A stretch of 64,000 nucleotides of DNA from Octopus sinensis (Eukaryota), in the NCBI RefSeq assembly GCF_006345805.1, contig NC_043002.1, forward strand, positions 11,098,001 to 11,162,000, written 5' to 3'. The notes under the pieces are model-generated. The model worked only from the letters and a program-made list of their open reading frames with translations. It was not told the origin of the DNA and did not search any database. The translations under genes and the position numbers were made by a program. Shown here one piece after another: positions 50,395-62,344 of the stretch. Each line of letters starts with the position of its first letter. Position 1 is the first letter of the stretch.

Positions 50395-51305
50395 ATCATC
50401 ATCATCATCATCATCATCATCATTTAGCGTCCGCTTTCCATGCTAGCATGGGTTGGACGGTTCAACTGGGGTCTGTGAAGCCGGAAGGCTTCATCAGGCC
50501 CAGTCTGATCTGGCAGTGTTTCTATGGCTGGATGCCCTTCCTAACGCCAACCACTCCGTGAGTGTAGTGGGTGCTTTTTACGTGCCCACGCACAGGTGCC
50601 AGACAGAGCTGGCAAACGGCAAACGGATGGTGCTTTTACGTGCACGGCACGGGGGCCAGGCGAGGCTGGCAACGGACACGAGCGGATGGTGCTTTTACAT
50701 GCCACCGGCACGGGGGCCAGGCGAGGCTGGCAACGGACACGAGCGGATGGTGCTTTTACATGCCACCGGCACGGGGGCCAGGCGAGGCTGGCAACAGACA
50801 CGAACAGATGGTGCTTTTTACGTGCCACCGGCACGGGGGCCAGGCGAGGCTGGCAACGGACACGAACGGATGGTGCTTTTACGTGCCACTGGCACAAGGC
50901 CAGTCGGGGCGGCGCTGGCAACGGTCACGAACGGATGGTTCTCTTACATGCCACCGGCACTGGTAACTCAGCTGCAATTTCCATTGATCAATTTCGATTC
51001 TGATCCTGATCCTCACTTGCCTCAACAGGTCTTCACAAGTAGAGTTTTGTGTCCCAAGAAGGGAAGGTATGCATACGTAGGCTGGCTCCATCCCATGTAG
51101 AAGGCCACGGGTTATATACACACACACACACATCATCATCGTCGTTTAACATCCGCTTTCCATGCTAGCATGGGTTGGACGATTTTGACTGAGGGCTGGC
51201 GAACCAGTTAGCTGCACCAAGCTTCAATCTTGATCTGGCAGAGTTTCTACAGCTGGATGCCCTTCCTAACGCCAACCACTCCGAGAGTGTAGTGGGTGCT
51301 TTTAC
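50395..51305 (-). mobile_element. RTE 3'UTR with ~6 repeat units (50395-51115) plus a second RTE tail (~51130-51305)
   Basis: Same family motifs as 23646-24432. Confidence 0.9.
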
Positions 51306-51650
51306 GAAAAGTATTGAGGTCAATTCATTCAACTGAGAAAACAAACGCTTCAAGGCAGTACCCCAGGATGGTCGCAGTTCAATGATTAATAGCTAAAGGA
51401 AGTAAAAGATAAAATATGTGTGTGTATACAGATATAAATATATAGATATAATTATATGTATGTATATATATGCATGTGTGTGTATACATATATATGTTGG
51501 CTATGTCCAGAGTGATGTTTAAAATCTTACTGTTTGATGGTGGATTATGTATTGCGATGTAATCTTTTATGACTGCATTAAATAAATGAAATCCTACTGA
51601 AACAGCTGTCGTAAATTTTCAATACCCTTTGTGTTTACCTCATATATATA

Positions 51651-51692
<42 letters not shown>

Positions 51693-52071
51693 CACATGTT
51701 TATGAATTTGTGTTGCAAGATTCCTGATGTGGAGTTGTATGTTGATGAAACAAATATTGTTGTATTTTGGGATGGTCATTTTTTTTTGTCAAATAAACAC
51801 ACACACTATATGTTCGTTCTTCACTAGAATAAGAACAATGAAGAACGAATATATATATATATATATGATATACATGCATATGTATGTATGTGTGCATGCA
51901 TATTTGCATTTACCCTTGTCTTGACATCACCTGACAGGTGTAAATGAGTGTTACTGTCAGACAAGCAATGTTTTGGGGGGTTCCAGTCTTCCCTGTAAAA
52001 CGTGTCTAGCTTTGGGAAAATGTTACCTTACATGGAAACCGATAAGGGTTGACGATAGGAAGGGCATCCAG

Positions 52072-52275
52072 CAAGGGAGTGCTGAAAAGTTCATGGCTTG
52101 AAGAGGATTTCAAAAGGCCTGGTTGGAAGACCAACCTTTCAAGTTCCCTTACAGGGCTTAGAAAAACTGAAGGACTTCTGCAATGTGTGTGTGAACCTGA
52201 GAGAATAAAATCTTAATTAATTGATCTTCCTCTAGTTTCTTTTACCCAAAACCAGGACATTTTCAGCACTCCTTG
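52072..52275. mobile_element. Mariner-like MITE
   Basis: TIR caagggagtgctgaaaagt / acattttcagcactccttg. Confidence 0.6.
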
Positions 52276-52309
52276 TACACACACATACACACACACATAA
52301 TAGTCTTTC

Positions 52310-52982
52310 ATTTATTTCAGTCATTGGACTGTGGCCATGCTGGGGCATTGCCCTGAAGGTTTTTTTTTTCCTTAGTTGAATGGATCAACTTCAGTACTGT
52401 TTTTTATTTTTGAAGCCTGGTATGCTAAATCACAGGGATGTAAACAAACCAACAATGGTTGTTGAGCAGTGCTTGGGGGACAAATATGACACAGATATTT
52501 AGGTATATGCATATTTATATATATATATATGGGGTAGCCTTCTTTCAGTATCCATCTCCCAAATCCACTCACAAGGTCTTGGTTGACCCAGGTCTATAAT
52601 AGAAGACATTTGCCTGAGATGCCATACAGTGGGACTGAACCTGGGACCATGTGGTTGGAAAAGAAATTTTTTACCACACAGCCACTCCTGCAATCACACA
52701 CACTTTCACATCATCATCATCATCGTCATTTAATGTCTGCCCTCCACACTGGTATGGTTTGTTATTCTTTTACTTGTTTCAGTCATTTGACTGTGACCAT
52801 GCTGGGGCACCACCTTTAAGGGTGTTAGTCAAAGAAATCGACCCATAGAACTTATTCTATCGCTCTGTTTTACCGAACCGCTAAGTTACAGGAGACATTA
52901 ACACACTAGCATCAGTTATCAAGTGATGGCGGTGAGGACAAACACAGACCCCCCCACACACACACACACACACATACACACA

Positions 52983-53017
<35 letters not shown>

Positions 53018-53170
53018 GCAATGTGCTTCTTTCAGTTTCCCTCTATCAAATCTCACAAGGCTTTGGTCAGCCCAAAGCTAAAGCAGAAGACACTTGCCCA
53101 AGGTGCCATGCAGTGGGACTGAACCTGGAACCATGTGGTTGGGAAGCAAGCTCCTTACCACAACAGCTAC
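52310..53170 (-). mobile_element. Two diverged SINE-A copies (~52310-52690, ~52765-53170)
   Basis: rc tail, core and head twice. Confidence 0.8.
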
Positions 53171-53526
53171 GCCTGTATACAACAGGCTTCTTTGAGTTTC
53201 TGTCCACCAAATCCACTTGTAAGGCAGGCATTGGTCAGCCTAGAATTACAGTGGAAGACATTTGCCTAAAGTGGTGCCATATGGTGGAACTGAACCCAAG
53301 ATATCATGTTTGGAATTGAGTTTCTTATCTGCACACTCACGCAAACATACAGATATGTATGTATGTATATAACATGACACATTTCACCATAAAATATCTG
53401 TAAGTAATTTCCAGCTGTAAACAGTATATCTAATTATACAGTATACCAATATTGTATTATTCTCGATGATATCATCTCTAATGAATATTTTATAACCTGT
53501 GTTATATAAACTAGAGTCAGTATATA

Positions 53527-54310
53527 GGCACAGGAGTGGCTGTGTGGTAAGTAGCTTGTCTACCAACCACATGGTTCCGGGTTCAGTCCCACTGCGTGGC
53601 ACCTTGGGCAAGTGTCTTCTACTATAGCCTCGGGCCGACCAAAGCCTTGTGAGTGGATTTGGTAGACGGAAACTGAAAGAAGCCCGTCGTATATATGTAT
53701 ATATATGTTTGTGTGTCTGTGTTTGTCCCCTAGCATTGCTTGACAACCGATGCTGCTGTGTTTACGTCCCCGTCACTTAGCGGTTCAGCAAAAGAGACCG
53801 ATAGAATTAGTACTGGGCTTACAAAAGAATAAGTCCCGGGGTCGAGTTGCTCGATTAAAGGCTGTGCTCCAGCATGGCCGCAGTCAAATGACTGAAACAA
53901 GTAAAAGAAGCCCGTCGTATATATGTATATATATACGGAGTGGTTGGCGTTAGGAAGGGCATCCAGCCGTAGAAACACTGCCAAATCTGACTGGGCCTGA
54001 TGAAGCCTTCCAGCTTCACAGACCCCAGTTAAACCGTCCAACCCATGCTAGCATGGAAAACGGACGCTAAATGATGATGATGATGATGATGATATATATG
54101 TGTGTGTGTTTGTGTGTCTGTGTTTGTTCCCTAGCATTGCTTGACAGCCGATGCTGGTGTGTTTACGTCCCCCGTCACTTAGCGGTTTGGCACAAGAGAC
54201 TGATAGAATAAGTACTGGGCTTACAAAAGAATAAGTCCCGGGGTCGAGTTGCTCGACTAAAGGCATTGCTCCAGCATGGCCGCAGTCAAATGACTGAAAC
54301 AAGTAAAGAT
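53527..54310 (+). mobile_element. SINE-A (53527-53910), RTE tail (~53935-54095) and SINE-A 3' half (~54105-54310)
   Basis: Family motifs. Confidence 0.88.
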
Positions 54311-54812
54311 AAGTAATTTCTTGCTGTAAACGATTTATCTAATTATACAGTATACCAATATTGTATTATTTTCAATGATATCATCTCTAATGAATATTTT
54401 ATAACCAGTGTTATATAAACTAGAGTCGGTATTAAAAATATTCTACTGATATGTTATTTTTTAGAGATAACAAGTTTTTGTTATGTTACAGTAGCAAAAA
54501 GGAACTGGGTTGATCAATAATTCTTTTTCACTTATTGAGGAATCTATTTTCCCCCTCATCCTATTGGTTATTACTGACTATCCATTCATCTGTTTGTTCC
54601 AGCCCAGTTTTCACTATTGAGTATTCCTGTCTTTTGCCCAACCCTCAGTTAATTACCGCCCATTTCTGCTGTAGGCTCTGAATTGCTATCCACTTTCGAT
54701 TGTTCATTATTGTCCAGTTAGTACCCAGCCCTCAGCTACTAAACTGCCAACTTCCATTTTTAGCTGATGTCCAGTTACTGCCCACATCTTGGTTTGTTCC
54801 TGCCCTCCAGTT

Positions 54813-55040
54813 CTAACCCTTTTGTTACTGTATTTATTTTGAGATGCTCTGTGTTTCTTTCAATTAATTTTAAACATAACAAAGAATTTAGTAAAATAAC
54901 TCAGTTATCATTAAGTTAGTGTTAGGAACATAAATTGTGACTAAGGCTTGGTGGAAAATTTTTATTCAGAGCTTATGAAAACAAGACATTTGACCACTGA
55001 GCCAGAGCTGGTTTTGGCCAACAAAAGGGCTAACCCTTTT
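54813..55040 (-). mobile_element. Single piggyBac-type MITE of the 46396-47779 family
   Basis: rc of the unit (aggaacataaattgtgactaagg..tatgaaaacaagacatttg). Confidence 0.75.
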
Positions 55041-55379
55041 GTTACTAACAAAAAGACATTTACTAACGAAAAGATATTAAAAGTCTAAAAGGTCAAATTA
55101 TTGAGAGAAAAAAGAATAAGTATCATAATAAGAAAACAAAGAAAAAAAAGATTGGGGGGTGAGGATTGAGTAGCAGAAGACGGTGGGGGGTAGGAAGTAA
55201 CAGGATGTACACCCCAGAACAAATGGACATGACCTCAAGGGCATTGGTGCAGACAATGGTCAGCAACACCTGCTGCAACAGCCATCGCACCTCATGGGGC
55301 TCATATCTAAGAAGATTACAGTTATCATGATTTTGTAGAAGAAATTGGTAGTGTGGTGTCCAAGAACACTTGTCTCAAC

Positions 55380-55628
55380 CAGGGCTGTGGAGTCAGAGTC
55401 GAAAACAATTAAGGAGTAGCCGGAGTCGGAGTTAGTAAAACTATGCCGACTTTGACTCCGACTCACAATGCCCCTTATTCTTTAATATAAACCAGTATTA
55501 ACATTTAGCCCTACTCAAAGTACAAGCGTATGCATATGCTTTATGAGGTGTGGAGGCCACAATCACTTAATTACATAAAGAGAAGTCGGAGTTGGAGGTG
55601 CCCACTGACTCCGACTCCAGCTACCCCT
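55380..55628. mobile_element. Degenerate hAT-like MITE
   Basis: cagggctgtggagtc start with (ggagtc)n / (gactcc)n subterminal repeats; no clear TSD. Confidence 0.5.
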
Positions 55629-55659
55629 TAATAATATTATTATTATTATTTTTAATAAT

Positions 55660-55858
55660 AATAATATAATAATAATAATAACATCGAAAAATACCTTAGG
55701 AATGAGAACCCAGGTTTGAAATTTCCCCAAGACACCCGATGAAGTGAAGACTGGAGGGTATATCAGCCGAAACGTGTTAACAACAAACAAGATGAGGACA
55801 AATGACCATCAAATGTAAATAATGTACATAATTCCTCATCTCTTAAATAAAGAACTGT
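55660..55858 (+). mobile_element. Penelope-type terminal arm (same as the 32808-33258 arms)
   Basis: (AAT)n acatcgaaaaataccttaggaatgagaacc..gttaacaacaaacaagatgagg..cttaaataaagaactgt. Confidence 0.8.
55729..55778 (+). ncRNA. Degenerate minimal type I hammerhead ribozyme
   Basis: aagacac-CCGATGA-a(gtgaa)gactggagggtatatcagcc-GAAA-cgtgtt; U4 mutated, 5-nt insertion. Confidence 0.6.
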
Positions 55859-56496
55859 CATGTTTATGTTTGTCCACCAGCACCTGGTAACAAATATTGG
55901 TGTTTTTTTATGTTCCTATAACTTAGCAGTTCAGCAAAAGGAGATTGATAGAATAAGTACCAGGTATAAAAAATAGATAAATACTAGGGTCAGTTCATTC
56001 ATCCCAAAATTCTTCCAGGTGGTGCCCCAGCATGGCCACAGTCTAATGACTGTAAAAAAAAGTAAAAGATAATAATCAGGAAGTTTTTTTTTTTTTATTA
56101 ATTTCTTAATTATTTTCAAAATTAATTAAGAAAAACAAAAGGTTGTGTATTTCAGCAGAAATATGGTTAATTGAAAACCTTCCAAAATAATTTTGCTTCC
56201 CAACACCAACTTAATGATATTAATTAACAACAAAGTTTAATTACTAAATGTGTAGCTTTTAATTCTTCATCATTTTTATCTTCTGTCTTTTATCTTTAAG
56301 TTGTTTTAGTCATTAGATTGCGACCATGCTGGGGCACCACCTTGCAGAATTTTAGCCAAATGAATCCCTGATCTGACTTTTCGTCCGATGTCACTTAGTC
56401 CGACATCACTTTGTCCGTGTCTTTTGGTCCAACGTCTTTTTGTCTGATAATTTTTTGTCCAATTGTAAATAAACTCATTAGAAAACAAGGGGAACA

Positions 56497-57010
56497 TCAT
56501 CATCATCATCATCATCGTTTAACATCCGCTTTCCATGCTAGCATGGGTTGGACGTGTGACTGAGGGCTGGCAAACCAGATGGCTGCACCAGGCTCCAATC
56601 TTGGTCTGGCACAGTTTCTACTGCTGGATACCCTTCCTAACGCCAACCACTCCGAGAGTGTAGTGGGTGCTTTTACGTGCCACCGGCACAGGGCCAGTCA
56701 GGCGGCACTGGCAACGACCTCGCTCGAATCTTTTACACATGCCACCAGCACGGGGCCAGTCAGGCGGCACTGGCAACGACCCTGTTCAAATCTTTTACAC
56801 ATGCCACCAGCATGGGGCCAGTCAGGCGGCACTGGCAACGACCTCGTTCAAATCTTTTACACATGCCACCAGCACGGGGCCAGTCAGGCGGCACTGGCAA
56901 TGACCTCACTCGAATCTTTTACACATGCCACAGGCACAGGTGCCGGTAAGGCGATGCTGGTAACAATCACGCTTGAATGGTGTTTTTTACGTGCCACCAG
57001 CACGGAGGCC
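56497..57010 (-). mobile_element. RTE 3'UTR with ~5 repeat units, nested in the MULE
   Basis: Units gccagtcaggcggcactggcaacgacc.. Confidence 0.88.
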
Positions 57011-57297
57011 CTCGAATAAAAATATGGAACGCTTCACGAATTTGCGTGTCAATCATTAAGAATTCTATTGATAGGATTGAAATAAAATACTATGGAAAAA
57101 AGTTTAATTAAAAAGGTAATTAGATATAAATAATGATTTATTGTGATCACTTAAAACTGATGCAAATTCTATGTCACACTCTTCGAAAAATCAATATTTC
57201 TTGTTGACCCATATTCAATGACCAATCTTTTGAGATGTTCAGTTATTCTTCTATATCATGTACATGTATTTGACATATCTTCTTGATATAACACCCA

Positions 57298-57341
57298 AGA
57301 CACCTGATGAGGGCTGGAGGGTATATCAGTCGAAACATGTT
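57298..57341 (+). ncRNA. Minimal type I hammerhead ribozyme remnant (intact CTGATGA and GAAA)
   Basis: aagacac-CTGATGA-gggctggagggtatatcagtc-GAAA-catgtt; 3' side truncated. Confidence 0.65.
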
Positions 57342-57947
57342 CTTAATTTTTTTCTTAATTAATTTTGAAAATAATTAAGAAATTAATAAAAAAAAAAACC
57401 TCCTGATTACTACCTTTTATTTTTTTACAGTCATTAGACTGTGGCCACCTGGAAGAATTTTGGGGTGAATGAATTGATCCCAGAATTTATTTTTTTTATA
57501 TACCTGGTACTTATTCTATCAATGTATCATTTGACATATTTTCTTGAAGAATCTGAGTCATTTTACCTTGAAACGAACCCTTCTGCTTTCTTCAAAACTT
57601 TGATTAATTTCCAAATATTCAAATGTGCTCCACCTGCCAAATACTTTATCGCAGAATGAAACCCCTCCGCAGCATTATTTGTTCTGAGAAGATCTTGAAG
57701 AATATGCTGATTAACATTCCATACAGCTATCGGGAATGTAAGTGGTTCTCGCCTTCGTCTAGCACCATGTCCTCTCACAAAGCCTATGTAAGCCAAGTCG
57801 AAGTAAGCAATGAATTCAGCTAGCATTTCTTCATCGTCTGTTAATTCTTCATAGGCTTCGATTCGACATCTTCAATGGGTAGGAAGGCTAATGCTGAAAA
57901 ACATCGAATTTTAAGACAAAATTCAGAGTCTTTAATGTATTTTTCTT

Positions 57948-58490
57948 CATCATCATCATCATCGTTTAACGTCCGCTTTCCATGCTAGTATGGGTTGGAC
58001 GATTTTGACTGAGGGCTGGCGAACCAGATGGCTGCATCAGGCTCCAGTCTTGATCTGGCAGAGTTTCTACAGCTGGATGCCCTTCCTAACACCAACCACT
58101 CCGAGAGTGTAGTGGGTGCATTTTACGTGCCACCAGCACAGGGGTCAGTCAGGTGGTACTGGCAATGACCTCGCTTGAATCTTTTTACACATGCCACCGG
58201 CGCAGGTGCCAGTGAAGCGACATTGGTAACGATCACGCTCGAATGGTGCCCTTTTACGTGCCACGGGTACGGAAGCCAGTTGGCTGCTCTGGCAACAATC
58301 ATGCTTGGATGGTGCTCTTGGCGCCCTACTAGCACGGGCACAAGTGCCAGTAAGGTGACACTGGTAACGATCATACTCAAATGGTGCTCTCTTATGTGCC
58401 ACTGACACGGAAGCTGGTTAACCGCTCTGTCAACGATCACACTTGTATGGTGCTCTTTGCACCCCGCTAGCACGGATGCCAGTCATCAAA
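57948..58490 (-). mobile_element. RTE 3'UTR with ~5-6 diverged units, nested in the MULE
   Basis: Family motifs. Confidence 0.85.
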
Positions 58491-58829
58491 TTGATTAGGT
58501 CTAAATCTGTAATTTTTCAAAATACTGATTGGCTCAAATGAAACAAATATGTCACGATGGATGAATTAAGGAATGCTGATTTAAATGCCTTGTGAACTGC
58601 AACTTTGAAATTTGCCATGAGATCAAGCGGATATGCATTAGGTTGCATAATTTTCAATTGCTCAGAAAATTATTCGTATGTTTGCTTTGTTTTATTCGGC
58701 AGTAATGCAAAGACCCGTGGAAAACTGCTTCCTTTAACTTGTACATGAATGCTAAACAGTTGAAACCTCTGTTCTGACACAATTTTGAATGTTCCATCAC
58801 ATGACCAATGACGAAAAGGTGTTATATCC

Positions 58830-59245
58830 CAAAGGCGGCAAGCTGGCAGAAACGTTAGCACGCCGGACGAAATGCTTAGTGGTATTTCGTCTGCCGTTAC
58901 ATTCTGAGTTCAAATTCCACTGAGGTCGACTTTGCCTTTCATCCTTCCAGGGTCGATAAATTAAGTACCAGTTACGCACTGGGGTCGATATAATCAACTT
59001 AATTTGTGTGTCTGTCCTTGTTTGTCCCCTCTGTGTTTAGCCCCTTGTGGATAGTAAAGAAATAGGTATTTCGTCTGTCGCTATGTTCTGAGTTCAAATT
59101 CCGCCGAGGTCGACTTTACCTTTCATCCTTTCGGGGTCGATTAAATAAGTATAAGTTACACACTGGGGTCAATATAATCAACTTAATCCATGTGTCTGTC
59201 CTTGTTTGTCCCCTCTGTGTTTAGCCCCTTGTGGGTAGTAAAGAA
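58830..59245 (+). mobile_element. SINE-B with two 184-bp units, nested in the MULE
   Basis: ggtattt junctions at 58881 and 59065. Confidence 0.88.
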
Positions 59246-60009
59246 ATGGGCGTTATATCCCGAAGAGCACTTTCTGATGCAAATACTAGTATGCGCCGTT
59301 GATTCTCAATACCTGATTTGTATCGCAGAAACTGTTTACCATTATCAAGTTTACCAAATTCAGAATTTTTTTGTCAGCTCCTTTGAACAGTCCTTGAAAG
59401 TACAGGCAAACGAGGAAGTTGAGAGCATGTATTTTCTGTTGGCTGCGTAAACTTTAGCCACTATTATACTACGTGAACTTGCTGCTATGTTTTCCACCAC
59501 TTCATGCTTGATTTCTGCAACTGTTTTCCTTGCATTTAATGAATCTTCATCAACTGGATGGATGTGCTCACTAGATAAATAAATAATTTTCAGCTCATCG
59601 TTTTCCGTCACCGTGTGAATTTGCACTGAATACAGCCTTCTTTTTTTCATATGTCCAGTATTCTTTTCCTAGTTTTGTATTGCTTGAATGAAAATCATGG
59701 CTGTAATTACTTTCATCGACTTTTCTTTTGCTCTTGGTCGATACTAAGAATTTTGTCATTTCAGGATGGGTAAATTAAAAATGTGTACACTAAATTTGCA
59801 GCACTCTCTATACACAGCACCGTATTAAAGAGAGAAAAGGAAAAAGAGGAAGTAAAACTATTAACAGAGAAGGAAAAAGAACGATAATAATAATCCTTTA
59901 ACGAGGCTCGTTATAGTTCTGTGAATATATCATTAGAGATATTTCACCTTGTTTTCTAAAGAATTTATTTAAAATTGGACAAAAAGTCGTTGGACAAAGA
60001 AAATCTGGC

Positions 60010-60192
60010 ATGTAAAAAGCACCCACTACACTCTCGGAGTGGTTGGCGTTAGGAAGGGCGTCCAGCTGTAGAAACTCTGCCAAATCAAGATTGGAGCCTG
60101 GTGCAGCCATCTGGTTTGCCAGCCTTCAGTCAAAATCGTCCAACCCATGCTAGCATGGAAAGTGGATGTTAAACGATGATGATGATGATGAT
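60010..60192 (+). mobile_element. RTE 3' tail inside the MULE right TIR
   Basis: aaaagcacccactacactctcggagtggttggcgttagg..gttaaacgatgatg. Confidence 0.88.
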
Positions 60193-60619
60193 GAAAAAAT
60201 GTCTGACCAAAAGACATGGATGAAAAGACGTTTGACGAAGTGACGTCGGACCAAAAGATGTCTGACGAAGTGATGTCAAATGAAAAGACATGGCCCCAAA
60301 TGAATCAACCCTAGTATTTGGTTTTCTTTTAAGCCTGGTACCTAGTTTCTCAATCCCTTTTGTTGAACCGCTAGATCATGTGGGCATAAACCCACCACTA
60401 CCAGCTTGTCAAGTGATGGCAGAGGACAAACACTGACAAAAAGACACACACATAGGTATTTATATACATGTGTATACCACAGGCTTCTTTCAGTTTCTGT
60501 CTGCCAAATCCACTCACAAGGCTTTGGTCAACCTGGGGCTATAGTAGAAGACACTCTCTCAAGGTACCATGCAGTGGGACTGAACCCGGAACCATGTGGC
60601 TTGGAAGTAAGCTTCTTAT

Positions 60620-60850
60620 TTCTTTACTGCCCACAAGGGGCTACACACAGAGGGGACAAACAAGGACAGACAAATGGATTAAGTCGATTATATTGACCCC
60701 AATGCGTAACTGGTACTTATTTAATTGTCCCTGAAAGGAAGAAAGGCAAAGTCGACCTCAATGGAATTTGAACTCAGAACGTAGCAGCAGACGAAATACC
60801 ACTAAGCATTTCACCTGGCCAGCTAACATTTCTGCCAGCTCGCCGCCTTC
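60620..60850 (-). mobile_element. SINE-B inserted in SINE-A
   Basis: rc head, core and tail. Confidence 0.85.
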
Positions 60851-61423
60851 CAGCTTCTTACCACGCAGCCATGCCTGCACCTGTGAAAATTTATCATTGA
60901 AAATTAATTATTATTCATTTTTAATGATGGAACTCAAAGTAGATAAAACCATAAATAATGGCATGTAAATTTTGGGTTGAAAAATACTTTTTTGAATAGC
61001 AAAAGTCTAAGGTTGCTCATAGGATTTGAAGCAACATCTTTTGTAAATATGACAGATGTTCTACCATTGGACCAAAGCAACCCTTTCAATTTCTTTATTT
61101 TAGAAATCTTGCTCTTATCAATGAGAATTTATGTTGTTCATGTCATAAGAATTTAGAAACTTCAAGAGAACGTGAAATAATTCATTTTTGTCATTGGAAT
61201 TCAAAGTAGCTAAAGCTGTAAATAATTGTGTGTATCAACTTTTGGATTCTGTATTTCAGCCTGCTGTTGTCTTCATCAATCATTGTCCACTATTAACTAT
61301 TGTTAATTAATGTCCAGTGCAGTTACTGAATGCATCTGCTTCCCATCTAGTCCAGCACAAACTGTTAGCTGATGTCTGTTTCATTCACTAACGGTAATTT
61401 GATCCCTTCAATTATATTTTCAG

Positions 61424-61478
61424 GTCCTCCTTCCGATCCTGTGTTCTACATCAAAATTACAGTTCATCTTCACCCAAG
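61424..61478 (+). CDS. GUF1: GUF1 coding exon 2 (55 bp; x-SSFRSCVLHQNYSSSSPK)
   Basis: attatattttcAG| ... cccaag|GTAAAT; open frame and phase-0 end join the next exon. Confidence 0.75.
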
Positions 61479-61564
61479 GTAAATCTCCTTAATTTATTGC
61501 ACACACATACACACACACACACTCATGGACATCTGCATTCTGATTGCCAAACTAACATTTAATT

Positions 61565-61991
61565 ATTGTTCTGTGGAATATGATTACATATCATCATCAT
61601 CATCATTATCGTCGTTTAACGTCTGTTGTCCCTACTGGCATGGGTTGGACAGTTTGACTGTGGCTGGCATGCAGGAAGGCTTTGCCAGACTCCAGTCTGA
61701 TTTCGCATGGTTTTCTACAGCTGGATGCCCTTCCTAATGCCACCCACTCCGAGAGTGTAATGGGTGCTCTCATGTGCCACGCAAATGGCACGTAAAAATG
61801 GCACCCACTACACTCTCAGAGTGGTTGGCATTAGGAAGGGCATCCAGCCATAGAAAACCATGCCAAATCAGACTAGATCCTGGTGCAACCTTCCAGCTTG
61901 CCAGCCCTGGTCAAACTGTCCAACCCATGCCATCATGGACAACAGACATTAAATGATGACAGTGATATGTAATCATGTTCCACTGAACAAT
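61565..61991. repeat. Foldback inverted duplication of an RTE tail plus flank in GUF1 intron 2
   Basis: ~210-bp arms centred at ~61782. Confidence 0.9.
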
Positions 61992-62063
61992 ATGTTTATG
62001 TATATCCTCAGCAAATCCTCTGCTTGAGCTAATTAAATTTGATGTTTATTCACCATTCCTCAG

Positions 62064-62169
62064 GTGGACTTATCCAAATTTCCTGTTGAATACATTCGAA
62101 ATTTTAGCATCATAGCTCATGTCGACCATGGTAAAAGCACCTTATCTGATCGTTTACTGGAATTTACAG
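62064..62169 (+). CDS. GUF1: GUF1 coding exon 3 ([36 protein letters not shown]; G1 box)
   Basis: cattcctcAG| ... acag|GTAAGT; LepA/GUF1 signature [17 protein letters not shown]. Confidence 0.97.
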
Positions 62170-62344
62170 GTAAGTGAAATCTTACCATTTCTAATTGGTG
62201 TCTTCAAAAATACCTATTAAGATTTTCACAATTCTGACCTCATGTAGATTTAATGATCCTGCACAAAAAAAAATTATATACCATATCTTTCTCCTAATTT
62301 TTTCATCGTAGTTCACATGGTAAATATCATATATATATATATAT

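Larger units (their letters stand above)
56366..60295 (-). mobile_element. Fossil Mutator/MULE transposon with nested insertions
   Basis: TSD ccaaatgaat at 56356-56365 and 60296-60305 splits a SINE-A; repeat-rich TIRs; transposase pieces 59360-59650 (QIHT..HIH), 58680-58800 (CDGTFK..FQLFSIH..FALLPNKTKQTY), 57563-57830 (YFD.AYIG..FPI..WN..RTNNAAEGFH..H.NIWK). Confidence 0.88.
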
